64,000 nucleotides of DNA. Origin: Octopus sinensis. Its lineage: Eukaryota. Below, piece after piece: positions 38,316-51,700 of this stretch. Position 1 is the first letter of the stretch, and every line of letters begins with the position of its first letter. Position numbers and translations under genes: made by a program. The stretch lies in the NCBI RefSeq assembly GCF_006345805.1, contig NC_043011.1, positions 40,188,464 to 40,252,463 of the forward strand. The letters are read 5' to 3'. A model generated the notes under the pieces. That model saw only the letters and a program-made list of their open reading frames with translations. It did not search any database and was not told the origin of the DNA.

Positions 38316-38487
38316 TATATGCATATATACGACGGGCTTCTTTCAGTTTCTGTCTACCAAATCCACTCATAAGGCTTTGGTTGACCTGAGGCTATAGTAG
38401 AAGACACTTGCCCAAGGTGCCACGCAGTGGGACTCAACCCGGAATCATGTGGTTCATAAGCAAGCTACTTACCACTCAGCCACTCCT
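37672..38487 (-). mobile_element. SINE family B (tail type 1) carrying a nested SINE family A dimer at 37783-38171
   Basis: Host sequence CCTAGTACTTATTCT (37768-37782) is duplicated as CCTAATACTTATTCT (38172-38186) around the family A insert. Confidence 0.85.
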
Positions 38488-38962
38488 AAGCGTACATTTC
38501 CAGGAAAAAACCTATTAAAATTGCATTTTTTCCATAGAAACAGACTTGGATGAAATACATTATCCTTTTGTTACTAACCTGGCTGAAATCACCTAACGTT
38601 TTGTGATATAAACTTCCTGTGTGAAGTGATCTTAATTAGAACTTGGCATTAAAATTTCATGTAAATTTGTATTAAACACCATTTAAAAGATAATTTATTA
38701 AATTCTTTGTTTTCAATGTTAATCAAAAGTACAGCTGTGACTGTGAGGTAAGAAAGTTTGCTTCTCAACCTCATGGTTTTGGGTCCAGTCTCACTAGTTC
38801 ATACCATGGCCAAATGTCTTCTGTTATAACCCTGAACCAATGAAAGCCATATGCATGGATTTGGTAAGGAGAAACTGAAAGAAGCTCATAGCATATTTAA
38901 ATATGTATATAAATGTGTCTCTCTCTGTCTACTTGAGTTGATACCACACAATAGGTGTAAAT

Positions 38963-39564
38963 TTGTAGTTCTCAACCACTTTTTATTGGTGGACCCCTTT
39001 TATTACTGTTTTGTTCTGGTGGACCCCCATAGGCATTCAATATTTAAAAAACTAGATTTATTGATACTTCTTTCCAAATTCCTATTTGTTTTTCATGCAT
39101 AAACTTATGTAAGTTTGCACATGTACACCATTGGAGAACATATTTCAGTGACCAAAAACATATTGCCCTTTAGCATATAAACTGGGCATATCTGGCCTAA
39201 ATGTTCTTGTTTTATGTTCAAACTAGCCAGATCTGGTCACTCACACCGGTATTACAATGTCATTCTAAAGATTGTCACATCATCAAAATCTCAAAGCTGC
39301 AATATAATGCATGATTAATTGAAAACAGTGTGGATGAATAAGTATTAATTTGATATAAAAATCTGAATGCCAAAAGGTTAAACTCTGTAACATTAGAGAA
39401 AGAAACCTGGCTGTTTGTTGCAGTAAATACTTCTTAATTAAAATTTTTCATGGATCCTTAAAATACCACTGTGGCTCCCCAGCTTGTTATTCTGCTTGCA
39501 TGGACCCCATCAAAATTTTATATGAACCCTTAGGGGTCATTTGGACCATAGTTGAGAACCACTG
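38963..39564. mobile_element. hAT (Charlie/MER5-like) MITE inserted in a SINE family B copy, itself containing a piggyBac-like MITE
   Basis: 8-bp TSD GTGTAAAT at 38955-38962 and 39565-39572. TIR TTGTAGTTCTCAAC / GTTGAGAACCACTG (consensus CAGTGGTTCTCAAC), with sub-terminal GGACCCC repeats. Confidence 0.8.
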
Positions 39565-40319
39565 GTGTAAATGAATGTCCTTCATTTCTAATCTTCTGTG
39601 AAAATGTCTGGTCATGGAGAAATATTACCTTATTTGGAAACTGGTGAGAATTGACGACAGAAAGAGTATCTGGCCATCGAACATGTCACAACTAATTCCG
39701 TCCAACCCATGCAAATATGGAAAAGTGGCTGTTGAAAGCAATATTGATGATAATTATCAAAGACATTGTTTTTAACAGAAATACGGTAACAAAAGGATAA
39801 AGTAATGGTAGGAAAATAAGGGGCAGATATGTTGTTGGTTCTTTTTAATATCATTACCATTTGAAAGATTTAAAATGGATTATGCTAGATTTAAAATTTT
39901 GATTTACTTTTTGATAACCTCGTTAAGTTGGATAGGCTTAACATTCCTCTCTTGAGCTCTTTCAACATGTTTTTCTTAGTCTTTATTAATTACATTTGAA
40001 GTGACTTAATGAAGTAATTTTTTTTTAATATGTAATTTATTGTGGGAAATAGCCATATTTATCAAGGACAGCTGTGATATAATGTTCACTTGATCTAAGT
40101 AATCTGTAAATTATTAACAGAAATTTCTATAAATTAATTTTAAAAACATTAACTGTAAAAAGCCTTGCTGGTCTTGGGGTGGGGGTGTGATGGCATTGAC
40201 ACAACTCTTTCTACAAACCAATTGCAAAAACATATGTCCTTATTCCTTTGACTTTTTAAAGTTTTAAATTTGAAATGGAAAAATAATTATATTCTGTAGA
40301 TTCTTATAAAAGGCACAGA

Positions 40320-40722
40320 TTCAGCTTTGTGGTTAACAAGCTTGCTTCTCAACCATGTGATCTTGGATTCAGTCCCACTGTGCAGCACCTCGGGCAAGTG
40401 TCTTCTCTTTTTGCGCCAGGCTGACCAAAGCTTTGTGAGTGGATTTGCTAGACAGAAACTGAAAAGAAGCCTGTCACATATTATGTGTGTTTGAGTGTAC
40501 CAGTGTCTTGACATCATGTGAAGGTTGTAAATGTGCATCATTCATACAAGTGTTGTTGTTCCATTGAAAGCCCATTGGAACCTCTCTAGCTATGGAAAAA
40601 TATTACCTCACTTGTAAACAAATGAGGGTTGGCAACAGGGAGGGCATCCATCTATAGAAAATCTGCCTGCACAAATTCTGTCTGACCATATAAGCATAGA
40701 AAAGTGGACATTAAATAACAAT
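40320..40722 (+). mobile_element. tRNA-derived SINE family B, tail type 2
   Basis: Family B head plus type 2 tail ...GAAAAGTGGACATTAAAT. Confidence 0.7.
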
Positions 40723-43187
40723 GACATCTCTTGATGCTCGTTTTACTTATCATTTAGCATCACACTTCCTCTGCACATGCTTCATCTTTCCTGAGACTCT
40801 ACTTTTTGCTTATAGTTTGCCAGAACTTCACTCACTACTATTTCAATGTGGTTTCATCGAGCACTAATTGTCACTTAGCATAGTAAATGCCTTGAGTTTT
40901 TCCTTGTTAAATTCTCTATGTCTTCTGTATTTAAAGTATTAGCTTCATCTTTGTGAAGCACAGGTTACGTTTCACCTGTGTCTCTTCATTACTGGCATGG
41001 AACGCACAATTCTGATTTATTACCAATTCCCAAACTACAAATCGAGTAAAATCTTTCTCCTGGCATTTATGTCTGCTTGCTTGTGTTACTAAAAAAATGA
41101 TTTCATTTTTGCCAAATAGTCTTTGAGACCTTTTGACTCTTAATCATCCTTTCAGGTTTTGAAAATTTTCCTAAATCTTCAATAGATTCTACAATATCCT
41201 CTGAATATGAAGCCCTCAAATTCAGCAATGTTAATGTCTCAGTGGTTATAATGACCATTTCATTGAATTCATTATTAATTTTGACTTCTTTTTTTTTTGG
41301 TATAATACATTTTTGTACATTGTCTTTACCGTAGAACCACTCTTATAGTTATCCACTGACACTTAAAATCAAAATTATGTATAAATCAGATTTTTTTGTT
41401 AACAATAAAGCTAATATTGCTGTCAACTAAAACTTTTGACTGAATTTATGCTTTGTTTGCCCCAACCCCATGTAAGCTCTCTTCTCAAAGACTGGTTACA
41501 TATGCCTGATATAAGTACTTACTACAAAGCAATCTCTTCTAAAACTATTTACAAATCAGATTAGTCTACGTCCATGCACTGCTACAAGCCTACACACTGT
41601 CACCTCTTTTTGTACCTACTTCTGTCATTTGATCTGATAAATGACTGCTATCAGGATATCATTCTGCCAATCTCCAGCTAGTTTAACATTTTATCGCAGT
41701 CACCCTTCTATGCAACCAAGTATAATGAAACAGCAAGAATTCGATGTCTTTCCTCAAATGGCATGACCTGATTCTGGATGCAAGATAAGGGCCAAAATGA
41801 GGGCTGTTCACTGTGCCCCCTCATTATCATTGTTACTACTTTATCTTATTATTAAAGGAGAGTAACTGTACTACTTTTGGCATCGACAATAGTTTATTTT
41901 AAATGCCCCACTCTTCTCTTCTCCCACCCCCTTGCAAGTATAGACAAAATACTACTTTTGGAGGTGTGTCACAGCAATTTGACCAAGATATATTATGAAG
42001 TAAGCTGTCATAACAGGGCAAAAATAAAATATATGCATTCATTCATACATATATATAAAAGCAAGCACCAAACATCAAAGGAAAGTATGTAAAGATAAAG
42101 CTGTTTCTTGTGAATTTGTTTTATTAAAATTACTACAGTTAATGCTCCTAATATTGATTGCAGAGGGCAGGCATCAGCTTCAGGTTTTTCTCTTTTACTT
42201 TTTTCTTCTCTTGCTTATATTTTAAATAGTCCAATCTGATGAGACACAAACAAGGTCATTGTAACTACATCAATGAAATTCCATTAGTAGGATAGCATCT
42301 AAATGTTCTCTGCTAACAATATTTGCTAATTAACATCAATGTGAGACACTGTAGTTGTCTGGGTTTTGTGTGTGTGTGCGTGTGTGAGTGTAAACATGAG
42401 ATGGAGAGAAAAGAGGCTACAGTTTCCGTCTCTCAGTGTGAAATGGCTTAGGTATGTGCATCACGTATTTAAGAGTACACATGTAATGCTGCATGCACCA
42501 TGGTAACTGGATTACTGACTGTAAGGTCAATAGTTCAAATCCAGACATAAATTATTTTGTTGCACGCTGATGTCACATATTTCACTGTAACTAAAAATTC
42601 CATTTCAACAATTTTACTCTGGTGACATTTTAGCTTTACTTCTTTTTTTGTTGCCTTGATTTTCTCTTATATCGTTGATTTCTTTAAGATAACATGTTTA
42701 CAATTATGGTATTATCTATGTTGTATTAACCACTATATTTTCTTTTATACATCATCCGTATATTTATGTGTGGTTTCTGTGGAGAAGAAAACACTTGTCT
42801 TTTTCCTTTGACATGTCTTGTAGTAGTAGTAATAGTCAAAATAGTGGATAATGTTGTGAGATTGGATGCTGTTGTTACTTAGAATTTTTATTCTTAGATA
42901 AGAAATTACTGTCAGTAGATTCTTTGTACCATAGTGGCAAAATGTCATTTGGTTGGCAGGCTTTACTTGTTACTGCATTTTGCATCACCTCCTTGCTTTT
43001 TGCAGTGTTTACTCTGTTGTGAGCATTTTTCACTGAATTCTCTGGTTCCTTCCCTGTCCCAAAATTTCATGCAGTCATTGACTAACAGATGTTTAGGTCA
43101 GACAGCTACATTGGGCTTGCTAGTATCATGGGCACTGTTTGTTCTCTAAGTAAAACCTAATGGCAATCTAAAGCAGTGCTCCACAAC

Positions 43188-43402
43188 AGAAACGTTAGCA
43201 CGCCGGCCGGAATGCTTAGCGGTATTTCGTCTGTCTTTACGTTCTGAGTTAAAATTCCGCTGAGGTCGACTTTGCCTGTCATCCTTTCGGAGTCAATTAA
43301 ATAAGTACCAGTTACGCACTGGGGTTGATATGATGGACTTAATTCGTTTGTCTGTCCTTTGATATCTCTGTGTTTAGCCCCTTGTGGGTTGTAAAGAAAT
43401 AG
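43188..43402 (+). mobile_element. tRNA-derived SINE family A (subtype with TTTAGCCCCTTGTGGG tail)
   Basis: Close match to the reverse complement of 37936-38167; CpGs retained, so relatively young. Confidence 0.75.
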
Positions 43403-44504
43403 GTTTGTCACAACACACTGGTGTGCCACAAGATGATGGTTAGTGTGCTGCAGTGTAACCTGAATATGATTTTTTTTCCCCTTATATTCATAGTTATATT
43501 TTTAGTTCAGGTGTGATACTGAATTTTGAAAAAATATAAGTGTACCGCAAGCGAAAAAAGGTTGTGGGGCACTGATTTAAAGTGCCAGACCAACTCTTTC
43601 TATATACATGTTTATTCTTGTAACCCAGGCTAAATGATGGTGTCATGCAGTAAAAGAAATTGAAACCACTATACATCACAATAACATATTGATGCCATCA
43701 AGTCTGCTGTTTTCCTTTTCTTTTTCTTTTGTTTGTTTAATTTTTCAACTACATTTAGTTCCAATGACCTGTCCAGTTAGAATTGCCATTTTACTGAACT
43801 AAGCTGATGAAACCTGCATTGCAACATCCATGTGAAGTGTTTTTACCAATGAGTACTTTTCCTACTACCAACCACAATATTTGGACATTGCTGCAAGCTA
43901 GCAAGCAGCTGCTGCAATATTGCAAGGAAATATGTGTGCACTTCAATATGGCCTACTTATAAAGCTAATATTTTCATTGTATGACTTTATTTTAAGCAGC
44001 ACTTATGTTATTGCATAAGGAAACTAAACATTATTAGTCACAATGAGTTGTTTTTAAATAATTGTAGAATCTTTGCTTGGACTTCTTGGTTGGTTGTTTG
44101 CTTAACTCTAAATAAAACTTGATTGAGCAGACCTATCGTCAGTTGTTCTTGCAGGGACCACCTTCACTTTTTGTTTTACATACATAAATGTATCTAAGAA
44201 TACATTATGTAATGTTGCCGTCTCTCTTTTAAAGTTGTTAGATATAATTTGACTGCTATTTCTAACACAACAAGCAACTATTAATTTTTTTTTTACTTGT
44301 TTGTCATTTCAAAGGTTTTTAATCAGTTACATTGACTCCCCACCAATCCCACCCACCATATGCATTTCAGTTGGGGGATTATTTTATCAATGTCTATTTG
44401 TTGAATTGCTAAGTTATGCTTTTTGCAACAGCACCGATGTTTTTACACCTGGTGGTGTTGTGATGCTTAAATGAATACATGCGCTTATATATTATGGGAT
44501 ATTT

Positions 44505-46191
44505 GGGATCTATTTGGTTTGGCTGCCACATCAATTCTGTTCGAATTGATTTCATATTCAGTGTACTGATACACTTTTATAGGCTAATGAATGACATGAA
44601 AATTATTTTTGCTATAAATCAATAAAAAAAGAGTTAATAGCAATTAAAGTTTGAAAATTTGGGGCAATTTTAGCCAATTGTTAGCCACAGATACATTCAT
44701 ACCTGTTTCCATAATAACAAGTGGAACATGAGAACTCTTTTGTCTGCCAGAAAACATGTGTTGACACATATTGAAACCACTTTTTGACACTGTGTTCTGT
44801 TGGAAATTTTACTGTTTGATTATGGCAGCAAGCTCAGGTAACCTTGTTTCTGTGTTGGAGACACTAAGAACACAGGATGATACTGTATCGTACCTACAAG
44901 AAAAGGGTGTTATACCCAAAAGAAAATTATGTAAAAGGAAGAAGCATGTTATGTGTGCTGGCAATGCTAGCACCAAGAATGCATGGAGCTTATCAGTGAA
45001 GGAAGACACGTGGTTTGAATGTGGTACTCTTCCTCTTAGGACTCTAGTGCTTTTCCTTTACTCATGGGTTAAGAAATTGACTTCTGTCTGGTTTTGTGTT
45101 GAAGAACTGGGGATGAACCTTAGCACAGCTGTTGATTATAACAGCTATGTTAGGGAAATATGTGCGGAGGACTTGCTCCATCATCCAGTTCAAGTTGGTG
45201 GTCCTGGGAAGATTGTTGAGATTGACGAAATAATTTTCTCAAGATGTAAGTACAGCTGAGGAAGGGTCCTACCTGTGCAGTGGGTTTTCAGAGGACTGTG
45301 TCACAAGACCAGACAGGATTTTCTGTATGTGGTGCCACGTCAGAATCATGACACTGGAAGAATGCATATGTCACTCGATTCTTCCAGGAGCCACAGTTTT
45401 CAGCGATTTGTGGAGGGTGTGCTCTCACATTCCTGAAATTGATGGTTACAATTTTGAGCATAGAACGATGAATCACAGCACTGGATTTGTTAACCCGAAA
45501 GATGGTACCCACACTCGAACAAGTGGAGAGTACATGGGCCTCTGTGAAGCAAGGTAATAAACGACACTGTGGCACTCCCTGTTCTAGGGTAGATTCCTAT
45601 CTGTGTATTTATTTTATGAAAATAAGTAAAAAATATGCTTAAAATAGAAACATTTAAGCATGCAATAAGCAACACATTACAAAATATCTTTTAAATTAAA
45701 AATGAAAGAAATACATTCAATCAATTTCTCAAACAAATCACAATTTTCATACCAGTTCATGCTATTGCATTAAATGCATATTGAATGATTAAAACTACAA
45801 AATGTGTGTTGTTTACTCATTTCTTTCTGTCATTTAGGTAGTTGTGAGGTGTGCTAAAAATAACAGCTAAATAACGTTTTTGTTTAAATATTTTAAGTTC
45901 ATGCTATCGCAGTGCTTGGAACTACAAAAGAACTCTTTCTTAACATGTGCTATTTTCAGGTTGTTGACAAAATGTGCAGTCACGCACAAAATGACAGCTT
46001 CCAAATTCTGTTTCCTGACTGGGTGAAAATGATCAAGCTTTAAACATCTATAACTTTTTAAAAACATTTTTCTGGAAAAAGTAAAATAACTCCAACAATT
46101 CAGCTTGGAAAAGTATATTAATGTGCCAAATTTTAAAATTTTAGACAAACTTTAATTTTTGAAATGCTGGCAATCAAACCAAATAGATTTT
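44505..46191 (+). mobile_element. Merlin-superfamily (IS1595/ISXO2-like) DNA transposon with both TIRs, inactive
   Basis: TIRs ATCTATTTGGTTTGGCTGCCA (44508-44528) and TGGCAATCAAACCAAATAGAT (46168-46188) match at 19/21 and enclose the transposase pseudogene. TSD not recognisable. Confidence 0.85.
44822..45630 (+). pseudogene. ISXO2-like (DDE_Tnp_IS1595) transposase pseudogene
   Basis: Motifs VGGPGKIVEIDE..FSRCKYS*GRVLPVQWVFRG, then after a frameshift ILPGATVFSDLWR and EHRTMNHSTGFVNPKDGTHT. In-frame TGA at 45257-45259 where Arg is expected; further frameshifts. Confidence 0.88.
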
Positions 46192-47159
46192 ACTTATAGC
46201 AAGAGGAAGTATACTGTGAATGGAATTGATTTTGGTGTGTCAGCCATATTTGAACTTGGAGTTGTGCTACTTCAAGATAACGGTGCTCAATCTAATTCAG
46301 TTCTAGTTTTTAAGGTTTCCTGTTAAATTTTCTTTTTGTTTCGCCTTAAGTTGCCATTAATACCCAGAAAAACAAACATCCCATCATAACAACAGCTGTT
46401 TCTGAAACATAGAAAAATCATAATTCCTATAAATGACAGGTGTAACAATCTCTGAGCTTTATGATGTTGGAAACTCATGTTTTCTGTAATACAAAGTTCT
46501 GAAATGTTTGTTTACTAAATGCTCGACTTAATTATCAGAGCATTTGATTGTGCAACCTCTGCGAAAATGAAAGTAAAAAGAATCCGTTTGATAGGTAAAC
46601 TTTGTTACACTGTTTCAGAGTTAAGTAAAAACTTTCAATAGTGTTGCTCTTCATTTGAATTTCTTAGACATATCAATCATGTCTCCCTGTTTTCTCCTTG
46701 TAGTCTTCTTTTTTCCATGGTTTTACTCTTTTGATACCATCTTACCTGAAACTGCCCTTTCTTTTATGATATAAACTTGCTGTTTTAAAATGATCTTAAT
46801 TAAAACTTACCTTCAATATTTCATGTTAATTTATGTTTCTAACATCAGCTTAATAATGACAGTTATTATTTTAATCAATTCTTTATTCTAAAAATTGAAC
46901 AAAGGCAGTGTATTCAACAGAAATTACCTTCAAGAGTATCCTTGCTCTTCATATCATTCAGGCAAAATATTGACTTTTATAAAGGTACTTTGATTAAAAT
47001 ACAAGGAGAAATAAGGTGCATGTTAGCTATTCTCAGAGAAAATTAATAGTATTAAAGCAAAGTGTAATGGTTTTAATTGGGAATTGAAGCTAAAATTGGT
47101 AGTTTGTTTTTCATAGTATGTGCTATAAGCTGTTCACTTCAACTAATGATCCCATGCCA

Positions 47160-48795
47160 CCAGTTTTCAACAATATTAGACAACTTTAACCCAGCACTGT
47201 AAGTCTTGTAAGGCCATTATTCAAACTAGGAAGGATACCTTCTTGCATCAAACAACCAACTAGCTCCAACATATCCCACACAGCTGTAGCTTATTCTTTT
47301 CCACATACTAACTTTGATACTCTATAAGCAATGCCCTTCTGGAAAGAATTTCCACCTGTGCTGTTTGTTTAGCATCCAGTCTACACTACACACACTAATA
47401 CCCTCCAATACTATTTCATTTCCTCTTTGCCAAGCTCAACATTTTGCATGCATACATGTCAAGCGCAAAAGTATTTCCATTCACTTCAAATCAACAAGGC
47501 CAGTCGTCATGACAAAGTCCCTTCCTTTACTTTTTGAGCCATGTACCTGAGAGCTAGCCCCTTTCCTTACCAAACTCATCAGTCTCTCTCTCTCATTCAA
47601 TATATCCTGATTATTGAAAACAAACTACAGCACATCTCATTCCAAAGAAGGGCAAACTTTCTGATCCTGTTTTATAGCACTAACTTCCAGTATTGATATT
47701 TTAAACATGATAGAAACAGCCGTTGATAAGTCTTTTCCATTAGCATGAATCTCTCCTTAGTGACTACCAGTATGGCTTCTCTATGAAGAAATCTATTAGG
47801 AACCTGCTCTCGTATGCCATTCATTAGTGGGCTCTTACTCTTGAGAAACTTGGTGAAAACAGTGTTGTCCTTGACACCTGCAAGGTTTTTGACCCTATCA
47901 AGAATACAAATCTCACAGCAAAACTACCCATATGTGGTTTTCTTCCATCTCTCATCTCAGTGGGTTACTAACAATCATACCTTCACAACATGTGCTAATA
48001 GCGCTTTGTCTGACTCCTCTTTTGGTGTATCATCAACATGCAGTCTAAACCTCTTTCGTTGAATCCTCCAGAAGTGGGGCAGATACTAATCTTGACCTCT
48101 TCAACACAACTAAGACATAATTTCTACAGATCTCAAGAAAGCCTCATTGTTCTTCCCTCTAAAGAATCTCAACAGCATACAACTAGCACTTTGAAGGTCG
48201 TGACAAATTTGAGGCCTCGCAATTACTGAGCATCTCTCTTGACAAACACATATCCTCAACTTTACAAAGTCTGCATCTCAGAGACAGCTCTTGTTCTTCA
48301 TCCAGCAACTAGTAACTTTATGATGGTTGGGCAAGACCTATTGTGGAATATTGCTTGAATGTCCATGATGTTACTTCTGCTATACACATGCACAATTCAT
48401 GATAGCTGGGAAAGAAAAACCACTTGACTGTTGGCATAAAGTCACGAAAATACTTTCCAGCAGACATGCTGTCTCCTTTCTCTGCCTTTTTTACTGCCAC
48501 TACATAGACTTATTCTCTTTGGAGCTGACCGGTCCTGTACCATCTCCACTCAGGCACTCCTGACCTCACTCATCTCACACGACTAACGTTGCCCATTCTC
48601 CCACTTGGACACCCTGTAGTAATCTCTATGCCCACTCCCCTAAAACATTCATTCTCTGGAATTTCTTTCTGTTGTCATTGACTTGTAAATGTCCAAGAAG
48701 TGTTTTAATGGTGTTAATATCCAATCACTCTCAGGGGCTATTGGCACAGTTTTCTTTCAAACCAATCCAGTAAATGAAAAATAATAATAATAATG
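47160..48795 (+). mobile_element. Decayed non-LTR retrotransposon (CR1/Jockey-group-like LINE), RT region to 3' tail
   Basis: Fragmentary peptides IPKKGKLSDP, IALTSSI, LLSDYQYGF..KSIRNLLSY, VVLDTCKVFD (cf. ALDISKAFD) and RPIVEYC; ends in an (AAT)n tail near 48775-48795. Confidence 0.75.
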
Positions 48796-51700
48796 TAGTT
48801 ATTTTCTTTTCGCATTTTATAAGAATATATGCAAATCTCTTTGATATTTGGTCTGATTCTTCATTAAACTGTAGCATACCGTCTGTTTACTCTTTGTGAT
48901 TATTTTTCTAATGTAAAATTGGTTCTGCAACTTGAGTTCAAAAATTTGTCTTTATTTAAACATTGAAGTCAGCTCCATCAAATCTAATCTGTAAACTCTT
49001 ATTTTGTGATGTTTTAGACATAATGATCACCAGTTCTCTCTTTCGTTCTCTCTCACTCTCTCTCTCTCCATCTTTGTTCCTCTCCCCCACATTTGATACA
49101 TGTGAATTAGGTTTTTGTTCTATGACTTTTAATTACTAAAGTTAATACAAAATTAGATACATAAATATGAGAGTTTTTTTTTCTTTCTTTGTTTTTTTGG
49201 TCAAAAGACATCATTATATACCAGTGTGAAACTATTTTAAAACTCAATTTATTCATTTTTAACAAAGTTATTGTTAGAAGTCTGTTTACAGCAACAATTC
49301 CTCATGTTAAGTCACTTTTCTATAGGCTTATTTCATTTGCATTTATTTTTTTTTAAATAATTACTTTTGTCTTTTCATTTAGTTCTTTTTTTTTTCTTCT
49401 CAAAATAATTTCAGTCATATGATTGCAAAAGCATTAGTTAAAAAAGACTGAATGGATTACAGAGCTTTTATTTGACATTTGACGTTTCATTTTGTAACAT
49501 AATGTTATGATTTGAAAGAAAGAAAGAAAAAATAGCAGTTCTATGAGCAATTGTTAATCTTTTGTCCATGTTAAGTATCAAGTGATTGTTTCTGGTCAGG
49601 ATTGCTCCATTCTTCATGTTCTCTTCTCTCTGTTCATCTCTATCTCTTTCTCTTCTCCTTTTGACACCAACCGTTCATATCAATCGCAAAGCTCATTCGT
49701 TACCTGACCAAAATAACATCCTTGTCGAAGAATATTTCAGTGTTCGTAAACTGCCAACTGGAAAAACTAAATCTTGTTATCGTTCCATCTAATTATCACA
49801 TTTGGATTTTTGCTATCAGGAATGGAATTCTTCTGTAAATCAGATTCTTAAATGGATGTTGTGAATATTTAATCTCTCTTTCTCTTTTTTTTTTTTGCTT
49901 CACATTTTCATTTGAAAAGATTTTAAACTTTTGTTCTTGTTTTTCATCTATTTATCTAATTCTCCTGTATTGATCGATACTATTTGTTATCTTGCTTGTT
50001 ATATTTCCTGCTGTGTTGTTGCTGTTAAGGATAATATATACCCACTGATGTCCTGGTTTGAGGTCATTTCATTCTCAAAGCAAGTATATCATCTTAATAA
50101 CATCTGCTCTTTTACGTTTTAATATATTACAAACCAATCTGTGTATATTTGTTTCTACAATGTCTTAATTTGTAATTATTGTTATGTTCAATAACTTATG
50201 TACATAAGTGCTTACATAACATAATTAAAATCATAGACTATATATATATATATAAAGCCATATTAGTTACATGAAGTGGAATAAGTAGTACGTAATAATA
50301 CAAAAGTGACGAACAACAAACTATTTCTTGCTGGAAATTAAATTACTTATTTTGCTGACTGGTCAAATGTTCGATCTATTGAACCACAAACACACATAGT
50401 CAAATTCTTCTTTTAGCTTGGAATACGTGTGTGTGTGTGTGTGTCTTGTGCATACAGTTAGATGTAATACTGCTACTGGTTTTGTAACATTATGCAATAA
50501 AATGTTTCCCTGATGGACTGCTCTGGTTCAGCATCCAATTGCACTTGAGACATTCAGTGCAAAGGTTGAAAATAATTGCAGTGGTGAAATGTATGTTGGC
50601 AACAAATGATATAAAATTGCGTTTATCATAATTATTAAACTTTCACCTCAACATGGATTGACTGTTGATTTCATATAGAACTTTCTTAGCAATTTAGCTT
50701 GGGCTAACCTAGTAAACTATCCTAATGTGGATTGATGTATAAATAAAAATTGACCCTAAGAACTATATAATCAATACATGGGGTTATTGATTTGATTTTT
50801 GCCAGCAGCTTCATATTTAATTTTGATTTGTTTGCAAATAAATACCGTTTAAAATGTGTATCAATTGACACTGCTGTGTGCTTAAGAAGTTTGCTGTACA
50901 GCAATGTAGTTTCAGGTTCAGTCCCATTGCATGGCACTTTGGGCAGAGATCTTCTGCTATTGCTTTTGCTTGATGAATATATTATTCGTGAATTTGGTAG
51001 AGCAAACTGAATTGAGCCCTTCCTCCATATATATGCATGAATATATATTGTCTGTTACTGCATAAGAAGTGGTGCTGATGTTGACATCCCTTGTTGACAT
51101 GATGACTGGTTGCTCTCTGTGTTTTTGCAAACCTGTGGAATATAAAAATTCCTTTCTTGGAAAGTAGGTTGTCAACACGAACATCATCTTGCCTCAAAAT
51201 CAATTTCCTTCTAAACCATGCCAGCATGGAAAAATAGATGTTGAACAAATAAACAGAGAGTGGAAAAACAAAAGAAAGAGGCACTCAACACATTCAGTAG
51301 GAGTTAAATATATTATTACTTTAAACAGCTTGATTTGACTACATGTAACTTAGTTTTATAGATTCCTCACAGGAACCTATCTTATCAGGCCCAGACAGCT
51401 GAATGGCCATTTGGCCATCTGAGCCCTGTGAGCTAGGTCCTTATGAGAAGTAATGCGTGTGCGCATGTGCACATTACTTGTTGCAGGGACCTAGCTCATA
51501 GAGAATGCATATTGGGAAATATGCAGTGAATATGTTTTAATGGAAAAGTTTGGTGCTGGTGTAAATGGAATATTTGTTTGGCTGAAGACAAATCTAGTGC
51601 TGCTACTGTGATGTTAAAAAGAAATTAGTTCTCTCCCCTCAGCAAAATTCCAGATGCATGGTTGGATTCTTGTGTAGGTGTTTAGTTGCTAGTTTTTCCT

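Noticed and set aside
44771-45575. Bacterial IS contamination or recent HGT
   Set aside because: Pseudogenised with CpG-type decay and continuous with host intron sequence; fits the eukaryotic Merlin superfamily.
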